Source: a virus (taxonomy: Duplodnaviria; Caudoviricetes). Taken from it: a stretch of 31,508 bases of DNA. Below are positions 10,088 to 17,820 of the stretch, in pieces. Every line of letters begins with the position of its first letter. The stretch's first letter is position 1. Location: positions 1 to 31,508 of IMG/VR virus record IMGVR_UViG_3300024237_000094, one strand, 5' to 3'. Both the position numbers and the translations under genes were made by a program. Under the pieces are notes generated by a model. That model saw only the letters and a list, made by a program, of their open reading frames with translations. It made no database searches and was not told the origin of the DNA.

Positions 10088-10236
10088 TGGAAACTGTAAT
10101 TACATATATCACTGCCATCGTAGCAGCCGCTTCGGTGATTGCTAACGTAACCCCCTCTATGCGAGACAATGAGATCCTCGCAAAGATTGATGACTTCATT
10201 CAGAAGTTAGCCCTTAACTTGCGTAAAGAGAAATGA
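10087..10236 (+). CDS. Small membrane protein, holin-like (49 aa; not in ORF track)
   Basis: METVITYITAIVAAASVIANVTPSMRDNEILAKIDDFIQKLALNLRKEK. TAATG coupled, one hydrophobic segment followed by a TPxxxD motif. Confidence 0.7.
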   Translation: METVITYITAIVAAASVIANVTPSMRDNEILAKIDDFIQKLALNLRKEK

Positions 10237-10397
10237 CAGACGAAATGAAATCTACTGTTGACCTTGCAAGCGGCGGCGTAACGCTCGGCGCGTTCTTTGA
10301 TGCACTGCCGGAAATCGCCGCCCTGTTTGCACTGGTCTGGTGGATCATTCGTATTTGGGAAACTGACACGGTTCAAAAGTTTTTCAAAGGTGACTAG
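10233..10397 (+). CDS. Small membrane protein, putative holin (54 aa; not in ORF track)
   Basis: MTDEMKSTVDLASGGVTLGAFFDALPEIAALFALVWWIIRIWETDTVQKFFKGD, with ATGA overlap. Confidence 0.7.
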   Translation: MTDEMKSTVDLASGGVTLGAFFDALPEIAALFALVWWIIRIWETDTVQKFFKGD

Positions 10398-10399
10398 CC

Positions 10400-10627
10400 G
10401 TGAACTTTGGCGAGACACTTCTTGCTTACTGGCCTATCCTCACCGCAGCGATGGCTATGCTCTGGTGGTTTAGCCGGGCTATATCTTCTCTCGAAAACAA
10501 AACAGATAGAATGGATGAACGCTTGAAAGATAGCGAATCCAAAATCACTCAACTTTTTACTTTCTTTAACCAGTCAACGCAGCGTAGGCTTGATAAGCTA
10601 GACAGGCTAGAAGAAAAGGACAAGTAA
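10400..10627 (+). CDS. Membrane-anchored coiled-coil protein (lysis module)
   Basis: N-terminal hydrophobic helix followed by a charged heptad region; GTG start. Confidence 0.65.
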   Translation: MNFGETLLAYWPILTAAMAMLWWFSRAISSLENKTDRMDERLKDSESKITQLFTFFNQSTQRRLDKLDRLEEKDK

Positions 10628-11047
10628 GTGGGCTATCAGACTGTGCGTAATGCACATCAACTGGGTCGCGTGGGGGAGTTAATAGCCGAAGCTGTCTTTG
10701 AAGAGACTGGTTTGAAATGCTGTCGAGTAAATCACGAGGGTTTTGATTTAATAATCTTTGATGATAACAATGAAAGTTATCGGGTCGAAGTAAAAGCCGC
10801 CAGCGTTAGTCAGTCTGGTGGATTGCGCTATAAATTTATGACCAGCAAGGGAAGTAAATCAAAGCGCGTTATCAATAGTGAGGACGCAGACTTGGTTTGT
10901 TTCGTGGCCTTGCCACTAAGAAGGTGCGTGATAAGGTGTATTACATCTGTGGAGAAAAAGCGGACAACAGTCCGTGCTACAGAGTTTGACGAACCCGAAG
11001 CTACGCAGATACGCAAAGCATTGGATAAAGTAAGGAAGAGGAAATGA
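10628..11047 (+). CDS. PD-(D/E)xK endonuclease-like protein
   Basis: GRVGE...FDLII...RVEVK catalytic pattern. Confidence 0.7.
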   Translation: MGYQTVRNAHQLGRVGELIAEAVFEETGLKCCRVNHEGFDLIIFDDNNESYRVEVKAASVSQSGGLRYKFMTSKGSKSKRVINSEDADLVCFVALPLRRCVIRCITSVEKKRTTVRATEFDEPEATQIRKALDKVRKRK

Positions 11048-11433
11048 TGAATATCTTTAGTGCGGTTGCTGGCATCGCCGGAAACTGGGTAGATGGCAAG
11101 GTTCAAGAAACCAAAGCCAAAGCAGAGGTTAAGGTCGAGAAGGCAAGGGCTGACGCTGCCGTTCAAAAGAAGATTGCAACAGGCAAGATTGATTGGGAAG
11201 CCAACATGGCTGACGCAACCAAAGGCTCGTGGAAAGATGAGTTTGCTCTCGTTGTCTTGATGCTTCCTGCAATCCTAGTTTTTATTCCATCGCTTACCCA
11301 GCAAGTGCGGGAGGGGTTCGCGGTGTTGGATACGCTCCCGCAGTGGTATCAATACCTCTTGTTTATCGCCGTGACAAGTTCGTTTGGGGTGAAGGGTGCA
11401 GACAAGCTGATGAGTATGCGCGGAAAAAAGTAG
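11044..11433 (+). CDS. Putative holin (3-TM/GTA-holin-like)
   Basis: IDWE...SWKDEF motif followed by hydrophobic segments; directly upstream of the endolysin. Confidence 0.7.
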   Translation: MMNIFSAVAGIAGNWVDGKVQETKAKAEVKVEKARADAAVQKKIATGKIDWEANMADATKGSWKDEFALVVLMLPAILVFIPSLTQQVREGFAVLDTLPQWYQYLLFIAVTSSFGVKGADKLMSMRGKK

Positions 11434-11921
11434 TGACTCCTGCGGGTAAACCCGCCCCCACCAAAGGGCGAATCACACCCAACTTTACTTTGCAGGAGAT
11501 GACCAAGAGCCAGACCGCGACCCGGCTAGGCCTCGACAACACCCCAACAGAGGAACACATCTCCTCTCTTCGAGCGTTGTGTGAAGCAGTCCTTGAGCCT
11601 ACGCGCAGCCAGTTCAATGCCCCTGTGATTGTATCAAGCGGCTACCGCAGTGAGTTTCTGTGCGAAGAGATTGGCAGCAAGCCCACCAGTCAGCACTGTA
11701 AGGGGGAGGCTGTTGACTTTGAAATCATTGGGGTCGATAACCACAAGGTCGCTTCTTGGATTCAATCCAACCTAGAGTATGACCAGTTGATACTGGAACA
11801 CTATGAGTCCGGCAAACCCAATAGCGGCTGGGTGCATGTGTCCTACAAGAAGGATGGACAGAACCGCAAACAAGCCCTAACTTTCAATGGTCGCAGTTAC
11901 CAGCAAGGTCTAGTTAAATGA
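11433..11921 (+). CDS. Endolysin, peptidase M15 family
   Basis: NFTLQEM, SSGYRS, SQHxxGEAVD and WVHVSY zinc-ligand motifs. Likely start is GTG 11433, overlapping the holin stop. Confidence 0.9.
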   Translation: MTPAGKPAPTKGRITPNFTLQEMTKSQTATRLGLDNTPTEEHISSLRALCEAVLEPTRSQFNAPVIVSSGYRSEFLCEEIGSKPTSQHCKGEAVDFEIIGVDNHKVASWIQSNLEYDQLILEHYESGKPNSGWVHVSYKKDGQNRKQALTFNGRSYQQGLVK

Positions 11922-12082
11922 GCCAATATGATTTCAAGATGACTATCGTGGAAGGGGATGATGGTTTCCCCGTGTTAGTGCTGGAGTTTTCTGGGCTTGC
12001 TGATATGGAAGAAGCGGAAGAACTATCAGAAGAGTTGTTCGCTATTATGTCCGGCGAAGAGCCGCAATCATACCTACACTAG
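11918..12082 (+). CDS. Small acidic hypothetical protein (54 aa; not in ORF track)
   Basis: MSQYDFKMTIVEGDDGFPVLVLEFSGLADMEEAEELSEELFAIMSGEEPQSYLH. ATGA overlap; its stop overlaps the convergent gene's stop (CTAG). Confidence 0.7.
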   Translation: MSQYDFKMTIVEGDDGFPVLVLEFSGLADMEEAEELSEELFAIMSGEEPQSYLH

Positions 12083-12591
12083 AAGGTGATTGATTCCATT
12101 ACTTGTTTGGGGTCTAGCAACTCATCTTGCGTTGCACAGTAACACTCTTTCGACAGGCCACTAGGCACACCATACCGAGAGGGAAGGTAAAGGTCTGATG
12201 ACCACATGCCACCAGCAAGGTCATACTCCCCATCCTGTCCCGTCATCAACACGAACATATTGATAGCAGGGTTTTTCCTGAACGAGATTAGTCGCCCTGT
12301 TTTATGTATCGTTGTCTTCACATCAATGACTAGATTATTAAATGTGAGGTCGCCCGGATCTTCACCATTGAGGGAGGAGCGGTGATAGATCTCGAAGATT
12401 TCTGTTGGGTAAACGCCTAGCATTTTGGAGAAAGCCAGTTCACCCATCGCACCTTCGTAATCAACGAAGATAGGGTCTTTGGGAGATACCCTTAGTGCAT
12501 CTTCTGGAGCGACCTCACGAGCAGCAGCGTTACGGGAACGCGCTACAAAGAGGCAGAGTCTTTTCTCTGCTTCATTCAGAGTGGTGTGCAT
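12079..12591 (-). CDS. Hypothetical protein, probable PD-(D/E)xK nuclease fold
   Basis: GAMGELAF...GDLTF...IDVKTT pattern. Confidence 0.6.
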   Translation of the reverse strand: MHTTLNEAEKRLCLFVARSRNAAAREVAPEDALRVSPKDPIFVDYEGAMGELAFSKMLGVYPTEIFEIYHRSSLNGEDPGDLTFNNLVIDVKTTIHKTGRLISFRKNPAINMFVLMTGQDGEYDLAGGMWSSDLYLPSRYGVPSGLSKECYCATQDELLDPKQVMESITF

Positions 12592-12913
12592 TATTGAAAA
12601 ACTTTTCTTGTGACATCAGCCCCACCCCAATACGCACCATGTTATACAAAGCGCGAGGGGTCATGCCCCATACATTGTAGGAGGGGTCAACTGTATTATC
12701 TCGGACACATAGCTGCGCCGGATACTGCGGGTCGTTTGATTGTCGGATATAGATAAGAATGTTTTCTGGCACATCCATTTCTTCAAGGGCTTTCATTGCT
12801 GTCGCTGCCCTCATTTCTTTCCAACCAACTGAATCGTTTGGCATAGATGCAATCTCGCGCAGCTTGCCCTCTGCTTGGATTGCTCTTTGCTGCCATGCTG
12901 TTAGTTCATCCAT
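12572..12913 (-). CDS. Hypothetical protein
   Basis: 113 aa, overlapping its neighbours in the - strand operon. Confidence 0.6.
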   Translation of the reverse strand: MDELTAWQQRAIQAEGKLREIASMPNDSVGWKEMRAATAMKALEEMDVPENILIYIRQSNDPQYPAQLCVRDNTVDPSYNVWGMTPRALYNMVRIGVGLMSQEKFFNNAHHSE

Positions 12914-13121
12914 AATATGTTGTCATCTTCCCGACTAATTCTTCGTAGTCCTTGAGGGTCATTCTAATCTTGTGGCCTATCTTGACCACTGCCACACTGT
13001 GCTTGCGGCATAACTTCTTCACATCTTGAGGGGGGACGGACAGTGCCGCCCCCACCTCTTCGATGGTCAGTAGCTTAGAAGGGGATGCTGTCGTCCACTG
13101 GCTTGCTACGTGCTTCTGCAT
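12906..13121 (-). CDS. Excisionase-like helix-turn-helix DNA-binding protein
   Basis: LLTIEEVGAALSV...VKIGHKIRM fits the Xis/HTH_17 pattern. Probable start is ATG 13121 (aaggtgg RBS), inside the 3' end of the SSB-like gene. Confidence 0.65.
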   Translation of the reverse strand: MQKHVASQWTTASPSKLLTIEEVGAALSVPPQDVKKLCRKHSVAVVKIGHKIRMTLKDYEELVGKMTTYYG

Positions 13122-13449
13122 TGTTACCACCTTGCTGCTTGTCGCTAAATGAAAGAGACATATATGCCATGTCATCTTTGGTCTTACGCCATGCGGCGAT
13201 GCGGCGGCTACCCATCGGCCCGGTGTAATCCGGCGAGTTTGGGTTTTCACCTTTCTTCTCGTTCTCGAAAAGAGTTCCGACCTTTTCATAGACATCCATA
13301 ATCTTGCGACCATCAGGCAGCGTTGACATGGTTACTACCATCTGAGAGTCACGACCATCGTTGTTGGCCTTGCCTGTCAGAATCATCTTGTGGTTATCAC
13401 GCGGGGGAAATACTGCTCCGCTATCAGTTTTGTCGTAAGTCTGGCTCAT
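13075..13449 (-). CDS. Single-stranded DNA-binding protein, DUF736-like
   Basis: NPNSPDYTG...AAW motif and an acidic SSB-type tail DDSIPF; next to the annealase. Confidence 0.75.
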   Translation of the reverse strand: MSQTYDKTDSGAVFPPRDNHKMILTGKANNDGRDSQMVVTMSTLPDGRKIMDVYEKVGTLFENEKKGENPNSPDYTGPMGSRRIAAWRKTKDDMAYMSLSFSDKQQGGNNAEARSKPVDDSIPF

Positions 13450-13904
13450 TACCATTCTCCTTTTACGCCTTTACTATCTGCCGCATACTTGTTGTCGTGT
13501 TCACCGAGGAACACATCGGCGTTGAATCCAAGGTGCGACAATGCCTTGGTCAGCCCATCTGTGACAGCCATCTTGGGTGCGTCTTCTGCAATGCGGTCTT
13601 TCTTATAGAAAGTCCTGCAACCAGTGAACGGCCCGAAGCTGTTGTGTGCGTTGCCATGCCAAACTGTAATGTGTGCAAGAAAAGCCACATCACCATTCGC
13701 CATAGTGATTATTTCTGTTTGAGAGTGCCAACCCCAACCCTGACCTATCGGCCCGAAGGCGCGTGTCGCCTCTCGAACCTGATACATCGGGTCAATGCTG
13801 GTGAAGGAACGTGACCCGAAGCTAACCTTCTTCAGATACTTCGAGTCCGATGGGGATACCTTCTCCCATAGTTCCATATTGTTGTTCGTGCTGCTCTGTG
13901 TCAT
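13449..13904 (-). CDS. Rad52/Sak-like ssDNA annealing protein
   Basis: TSIDPMYQV..AT..FGPIGQGWG and KMAVTDGLTKALSHLG..ADVF motifs; lies between the exonuclease and SSB genes. Confidence 0.75.
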   Translation of the reverse strand: MTQSSTNNNMELWEKVSPSDSKYLKKVSFGSRSFTSIDPMYQVREATRAFGPIGQGWGWHSQTEIITMANGDVAFLAHITVWHGNAHNSFGPFTGCRTFYKKDRIAEDAPKMAVTDGLTKALSHLGFNADVFLGEHDNKYAADSKGVKGEW

Positions 13905-14085
13905 GCTTTTTCTCCTTTCGCACTACTGTTACAACAAGTCTGCTGTTGCGGTATTCAATCCGCACTGCTTCATCTGGAGTGTGAAGCCACACTGAACGCC
14001 AGCCAAGCTGGTATTCATTTCCTATTAGGTGGATAAGAGGCTCTGCCTCTTCACTTATCAATGGTGATGCTGTATAATCGGTCAT
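13822..14085 (-). CDS. Hypothetical protein
   Basis: Strong RBS (aaggaggt) before ATG 14085; the 3' end overlaps the annealase gene. Confidence 0.6.
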   Translation of the reverse strand: MTDYTASPLISEEAEPLIHLIGNEYQLGWRSVWLHTPDEAVRIEYRNSRLVVTVVRKEKKHDTEQHEQQYGTMGEGIPIGLEVSEEG

Positions 14086-14136
14086 GCTGTTACCTCCTTT
14101 CGACAGCGGGGGGCAGGGTTTCTACTCCCCTGTCCC

Positions 14137-14952
14137 CTACTTCTTTATGTTAATGCGTAGCGAACCACGCTTGTCTCGTTTGATACTAAGTTCATCGGTA
14201 TAGACCTCGCGTTCATCTAGCCCGACCATTGCTTTCAATTCTTTCCCGGCTGCTGCGTGTTCTTTCGCGGCTTCCTTTGTGCTGATGTATTCGGCTGCTC
14301 TCACTCTGAAATAGTTGTCGCTGCTTGCGTCACGCGCCACCATATCGTTGATTGCAATCCTGTCTATGCCAGCAGAGAAGTGCGGCATTGATAGTGGTGG
14401 CTCTTCTTTACGCTCGACATAGCCCCAAAACTCTTTGAGATGTTCGAGCATTGTCTGAATGTATTCCTCATTCTTTGCAACCTTCACATACTCATAGCGA
14501 CCATTGCCAAAGATGTTTGCAAAATACATTGCCTTCACTCCAGAGATTTCTAGGTAAAGCTGTAGCTGTGGCATGTATCTTTCAAGCTGGCTGTTGATGG
14601 TGGCTCTATCATTTGTGTGCTTGCACTCCAAGCCGTATCTTTCACCGCGCATCATAAACTCCCCGTCAAGCGTTGCTCGGCAGGGGATACCGTCCCACTT
14701 GTAGTGATAGCGTTGTTCATGCGTGGCTGCATTGGGGTCTTTGAAGCACTCGACTTGCATGTGCTTTGAGAACCACTTGATGTTAAACTCCTCAGTCCAA
14801 ACGCCAAGCTGAACAGGCAAGACATCGGACAGGTCAACACCATTTTTCAAGCCCATCTTTTCTAGCCAAAGGTCGTGCCAATCACCGTCCATGATTCGCA
14901 AGGCACAACTGCCGCCGATAGATGCTTTTCTGATTTCGTTATCTCTACTCAT
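14137..14952 (-). CDS. YqaJ-like (lambda exonuclease family) recombination nuclease
   Basis: IGGS, LWLEK, ATLDG, LECK and QLQLY motifs. Confidence 0.9.
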   Translation of the reverse strand: MSRDNEIRKASIGGSCALRIMDGDWHDLWLEKMGLKNGVDLSDVLPVQLGVWTEEFNIKWFSKHMQVECFKDPNAATHEQRYHYKWDGIPCRATLDGEFMMRGERYGLECKHTNDRATINSQLERYMPQLQLYLEISGVKAMYFANIFGNGRYEYVKVAKNEEYIQTMLEHLKEFWGYVERKEEPPLSMPHFSAGIDRIAINDMVARDASSDNYFRVRAAEYISTKEAAKEHAAAGKELKAMVGLDEREVYTDELSIKRDKRGSLRINIKK

Positions 14953-14978
14953 TTACCTTCCTTTCAATACAAATTAAG

Positions 14979-15509
14979 TCAGTTCGTATCAGTTTGTCCA
15001 GCATTTAATAGCCGTTCTTTTGCTTTTTCTGGTATGCGGCACAGCACTTTTGCCATGTGGCTGTTGCCCAGTTCTTTCTTGGTTTGCTCGATAGCTGCAT
15101 CACACTTCTCGATTGTCCAGCCTTGTCCAGCGGGGTCGGTCTTGCCTGCGCGGGGCTGCTCGTCTTGATGTGAGCTTGTTGTTTCAAACAATTTGTTTGC
15201 TTTTGTATTGCGCTGCTGCCACTCGGCATTTACTTTGGCTGCATGTTTGGCAACCAAGTGAGGCGTGAACCAGATGCGAAAGTCATGCGCTGCCACGCAC
15301 CTATCCCATACCCTGCCGAGCAGGTCATTGAACACATCGGGATTGGGTATGTCGCTGCTTAGTCGTTGGTTGACCGCCTTGCGTATTTCTTCTCCATACA
15401 TCTTTTTTGATGCGTCACTCTGCTTCACATTGTTTGGTGGCAGATACATCGTTGTCATCTTACGAACAAAACGCTCGTGAATGAGTGCTTCTCTTTGCTC
15501 AAAGTCCAT
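14979..15509 (-). CDS. Hypothetical protein, possibly a helicase loader/replication protein
   Basis: Probable start MDFEQ at 15509 (ggaga RBS). Follows the DnaA-C gene. The helical region ending WFTP resembles loader-type 'FPT' motifs only weakly. Confidence 0.5.
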   Translation of the reverse strand: MDFEQREALIHERFVRKMTTMYLPPNNVKQSDASKKMYGEEIRKAVNQRLSSDIPNPDVFNDLLGRVWDRCVAAHDFRIWFTPHLVAKHAAKVNAEWQQRNTKANKLFETTSSHQDEQPRAGKTDPAGQGWTIEKCDAAIEQTKKELGNSHMAKVLCRIPEKAKERLLNAGQTDTN

Positions 15510-15915
15510 TGAGTTTCTCCATTTGAAAACGTTCAACCATTTCTTGAACCTCGGCTTTTAGTTTGTCCAAGCCATCTCGCCGTTTGATTTCATACTGCAA
15601 TGCAAGCAAGTGAGTTTGCTCTACCTTGAAAGCATAGTTACTATTTTGCTCCATAAGAGATTCGCATTTCTTTAGCCCGTGCAGGATAGTTGTATGGTCA
15701 CGATCCAAATAATCGCCCAGTGTTGTGGTTGTGTGTGCTGTGTTGCGATAGCCCAGATAATACAGGGCATGGCGACCAGCCATTACAAAACCAACCCGCC
15801 GCTTGCCTAGCAATAGGTCTTGCTCGACACCAAAGTTTTCGCATATTGCTCGGACTAAACTCTTGACCGAGTAGGTCTCTTGTTTGTCTGCTTCAATCGT
15901 TATTGTCATGTTCAT
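15499..15915 (-). CDS. Stand-alone DnaA C-terminal (domain IV) DNA-binding protein
   Basis: FGV..DLLLGKRR...RH..YY...LG..L.RDHTTILHG matches the DnaA signature RDHTTVxH. No AAA+ domain. Confidence 0.85.
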   Translation of the reverse strand: MNMTITIEADKQETYSVKSLVRAICENFGVEQDLLLGKRRVGFVMAGRHALYYLGYRNTAHTTTTLGDYLDRDHTTILHGLKKCESLMEQNSNYAFKVEQTHLLALQYEIKRRDGLDKLKAEVQEMVERFQMEKLNGL

Positions 15916-16240
15916 TTTCTTTCTCCATTAGTTCTTCTACAATTCTATCAGGCACAATCAGCACCCATTTGGGTGAGCCTTCTTCCCCCTTGCCCAGTTT
16001 GAACAGGGCAACATCTCGATTTTTCAAGACCGAGAATGGCGAGGGGAAACCTTTCTCTTTGCGGTATTTCACCTCGGCAATGTAGTCCCGGCCATTTAAG
16101 TTGATGACTAGGTCGCCCGAATATTCTCCTCCAAGCGCGCCAGATAGGGGCTGGCGTTTGACTGGCAAGCCCCACTCCTTGAACAGTTTCACGAACCAAT
16201 TCTCGTGATAGGTTCCCTTTGCTTTACTCTTGCTTGTCAT
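15893..16240 (-). CDS. Holliday junction resolvase-like (Hjc-type PD-(D/E)xK) protein
   Basis: SKAKG..HE, PLSGA, GDL and AEVK motifs. Confidence 0.8.
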   Translation of the reverse strand: MTSKSKAKGTYHENWFVKLFKEWGLPVKRQPLSGALGGEYSGDLVINLNGRDYIAEVKYRKEKGFPSPFSVLKNRDVALFKLGKGEEGSPKWVLIVPDRIVEELMEKENEHDNND

Positions 16241-16440
16241 TACTTAACCACCTTTAAAGTTACCTTTTCTTTCTTGGCTTGTTCTTCATGCGCTTGGCTC
16301 ATCATGTCATCCAAAACTACAAAGCAATTACGAGAAAACTCATCATCGTCTTTAATTATTTGCTGTCCAAAACAAGTTTGCGCTTGGCGTAAGAAAATAA
16401 TTGCTGCCTCATATTTTTTTGCTTTACTTTTGCTGGTCAT
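16240..16440 (-). CDS. Hypothetical protein
   Basis: Begins MTSKSKAK and is TAATG-coupled to the resolvase gene. Confidence 0.6.
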   Translation of the reverse strand: MTSKSKAKKYEAAIIFLRQAQTCFGQQIIKDDDEFSRNCFVVLDDMMSQAHEEQAKKEKVTLKVVK

Positions 16441-16600
16441 CTGCACAACTCCAATCTACGTCATCAAATTGACGCTCGATTGTAACTGGGACAATGACTG
16501 TCACATCGCATTTATTACAAGCCCAAGCCTCTGCTTCTCCGAAGCTATAATCAAAGCAATACTCTAACTCGCCTTCATTGCATCTCTTACATTTGCTCAT
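16424..16600 (-). CDS. Small zinc-ribbon protein
   Basis: CKRC...CNKC; start ATG 16600 with ggaga RBS. Confidence 0.65.
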   Translation of the reverse strand: MSKCKRCNEGELEYCFDYSFGEAEAWACNKCDVTVIVPVTIERQFDDVDWSCADDQQK

Positions 16601-16760
16601 TTTGTTTCTCCGTTTGTGCTTTGGTATAACAAGGGTCACACCATGTCTCATGCTCTACAGGGTCGGGGCTAACCAACAGGCAAACAAATTGGTGACTGAC
16701 TTCACCACAGATGTCGCACTTTGCTGGCTGCCCTTGCTTGTCTATCTTTCTTTTTTTCAT
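16587..16760 (-). CDS. Small zinc-finger protein
   Basis: CDIC...CDPC; start ATG 16760 with ggagg RBS. Confidence 0.65.
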   Translation of the reverse strand: MKKRKIDKQGQPAKCDICGEVSHQFVCLLVSPDPVEHETWCDPCYTKAQTEKQNEQM

Positions 16761-16761
16761 G

Positions 16762-17106
16762 TCAGTCCTCCAAGTCCGCCCAGCTTCTTCCTTCGTCGCC
16801 ATCGCAAAACTCAATCGCCCATTCCTCGGCATATGCTGCGCTTACATTTGCGTATTTAGCTGCTGCCTCATATTCATTGGGTTGAACGATGCGCCAAATG
16901 TCATGGCCTTCCTCGTTCTCTAGTGTGTGCATCAAGACCGATGGGCTGACCGGCGGATGCTCGGCATAAAATCCCTCGTTGCCGTTGAGTTTGTTGCCAG
17001 TTACCTCCTGCAAGGCATTAAATATTTTTGCCAATGTTGTAAAACTTGGCAGGTGTTGATAATGACCGTCCTCTTGCATAAATTCGTGCATGTCTTCCGC
17101 GTTCAT
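16762..17106 (-). CDS. Hypothetical early protein
   Basis: 114 aa, ggag RBS, operon packing. Confidence 0.65.
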   Translation of the reverse strand: MNAEDMHEFMQEDGHYQHLPSFTTLAKIFNALQEVTGNKLNGNEGFYAEHPPVSPSVLMHTLENEEGHDIWRIVQPNEYEAAAKYANVSAAYAEEWAIEFCDGDEGRSWADLED

Positions 17107-17110
17107 TGTT

Positions 17111-17296
17111 CTATCTCCACTCGTTTGGGTAAACTACTTTGCTGGGTGTCTCGTCTATCATGTCAGGATATTTGACCTCCAGCTTGTTCAAATGGTCTGC
17201 AATGACCATCAATTCACAGGCCGCAGCGTCTGCTTGCTGCTTGTTGCCTGTCTCTAGGGCTTCGATATAAACCCCGATTGTGCGTCTCCAATTCAT
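17111..17296 (-). CDS. Hypothetical early protein
   Basis: 61 aa, ggaggt RBS. Confidence 0.65.
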   Translation of the reverse strand: MNWRRTIGVYIEALETGNKQQADAAACELMVIADHLNKLEVKYPDMIDETPSKVVYPNEWR

Positions 17297-17297
17297 T

Positions 17298-17417
17298 TTA
17301 TGACCTCCAAAAAAGAATAGTATTTATTAAACGTTGCCATTTTCTTTTGCGCCATTGCCATCGGTTGAGGCTTTGGCGGTGCAGTTCGTCCCGTATCATG
17401 TCGCGACCTAGTTTCAT
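17298..17417 (-). CDS. Small basic Trp-rich hypothetical protein (39 aa; not in ORF track)
   Basis: MKLGRDMIRDELHRQSLNRWQWRKRKWQRLINTILFWRS; ggaggaggt RBS, ATGA overlap. Confidence 0.6.
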   Translation of the reverse strand: MKLGRDMIRDELHRQSLNRWQWRKRKWQRLINTILFWRS

Positions 17418-17611
17418 ATCTGGCTCACCTCCTCCAATGGAATGTTTTCGTTTTCCCAGTTCTTTAAGGCGCGTTGCGTGAATATCTCGCGGTTGAAGTT
17501 TGGGTTAGTGTCTTCCAGCTTGTCGGCAATGTCTTCAACAAACACGGGGTTTGCCAGCATTGGCGCGATTGTGTCTGCGATAAATTCAAAATGTTGGCGT
17601 GATAGTTTCAT
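17414..17611 (-). CDS. Conserved small phage early protein (NPxFxR motif)
   Basis: RQHFEFIA...NPNFNREIF pattern; aaggag RBS. Confidence 0.7.
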   Translation of the reverse strand: MKLSRQHFEFIADTIAPMLANPVFVEDIADKLEDTNPNFNREIFTQRALKNWENENIPLEEVSQI

Positions 17612-17616
17612 TGGTT

Positions 17617-17820
17617 CTACTCCTTTATCAATTCGTTGATATATGTTTTTGCGTATTCTTTTGCTGCTTTGCGTGTTGTTTGCGGCACATTTGCTAAAAT
17701 GTTAATGCTTGCTAGAACCGCCTCATCATAATCAAATGCGGGTTCGTGCCATTCGAGAATAACAGGCACATGCTCGTCACCTCTTGGGCGTGATGCTGCT
17801 TCATAAAATGTTTTCTGCAT
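17617..17820 (-). CDS. First early gene, hypothetical
   Basis: The true start is probably ATG 17820 (MQKTFY), preceded by aggaggt, rather than the track's 17883. Confidence 0.65.
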   Translation of the reverse strand: MQKTFYEAASRPRGDEHVPVILEWHEPAFDYDEAVLASINILANVPQTTRKAAKEYAKTYINELIKE

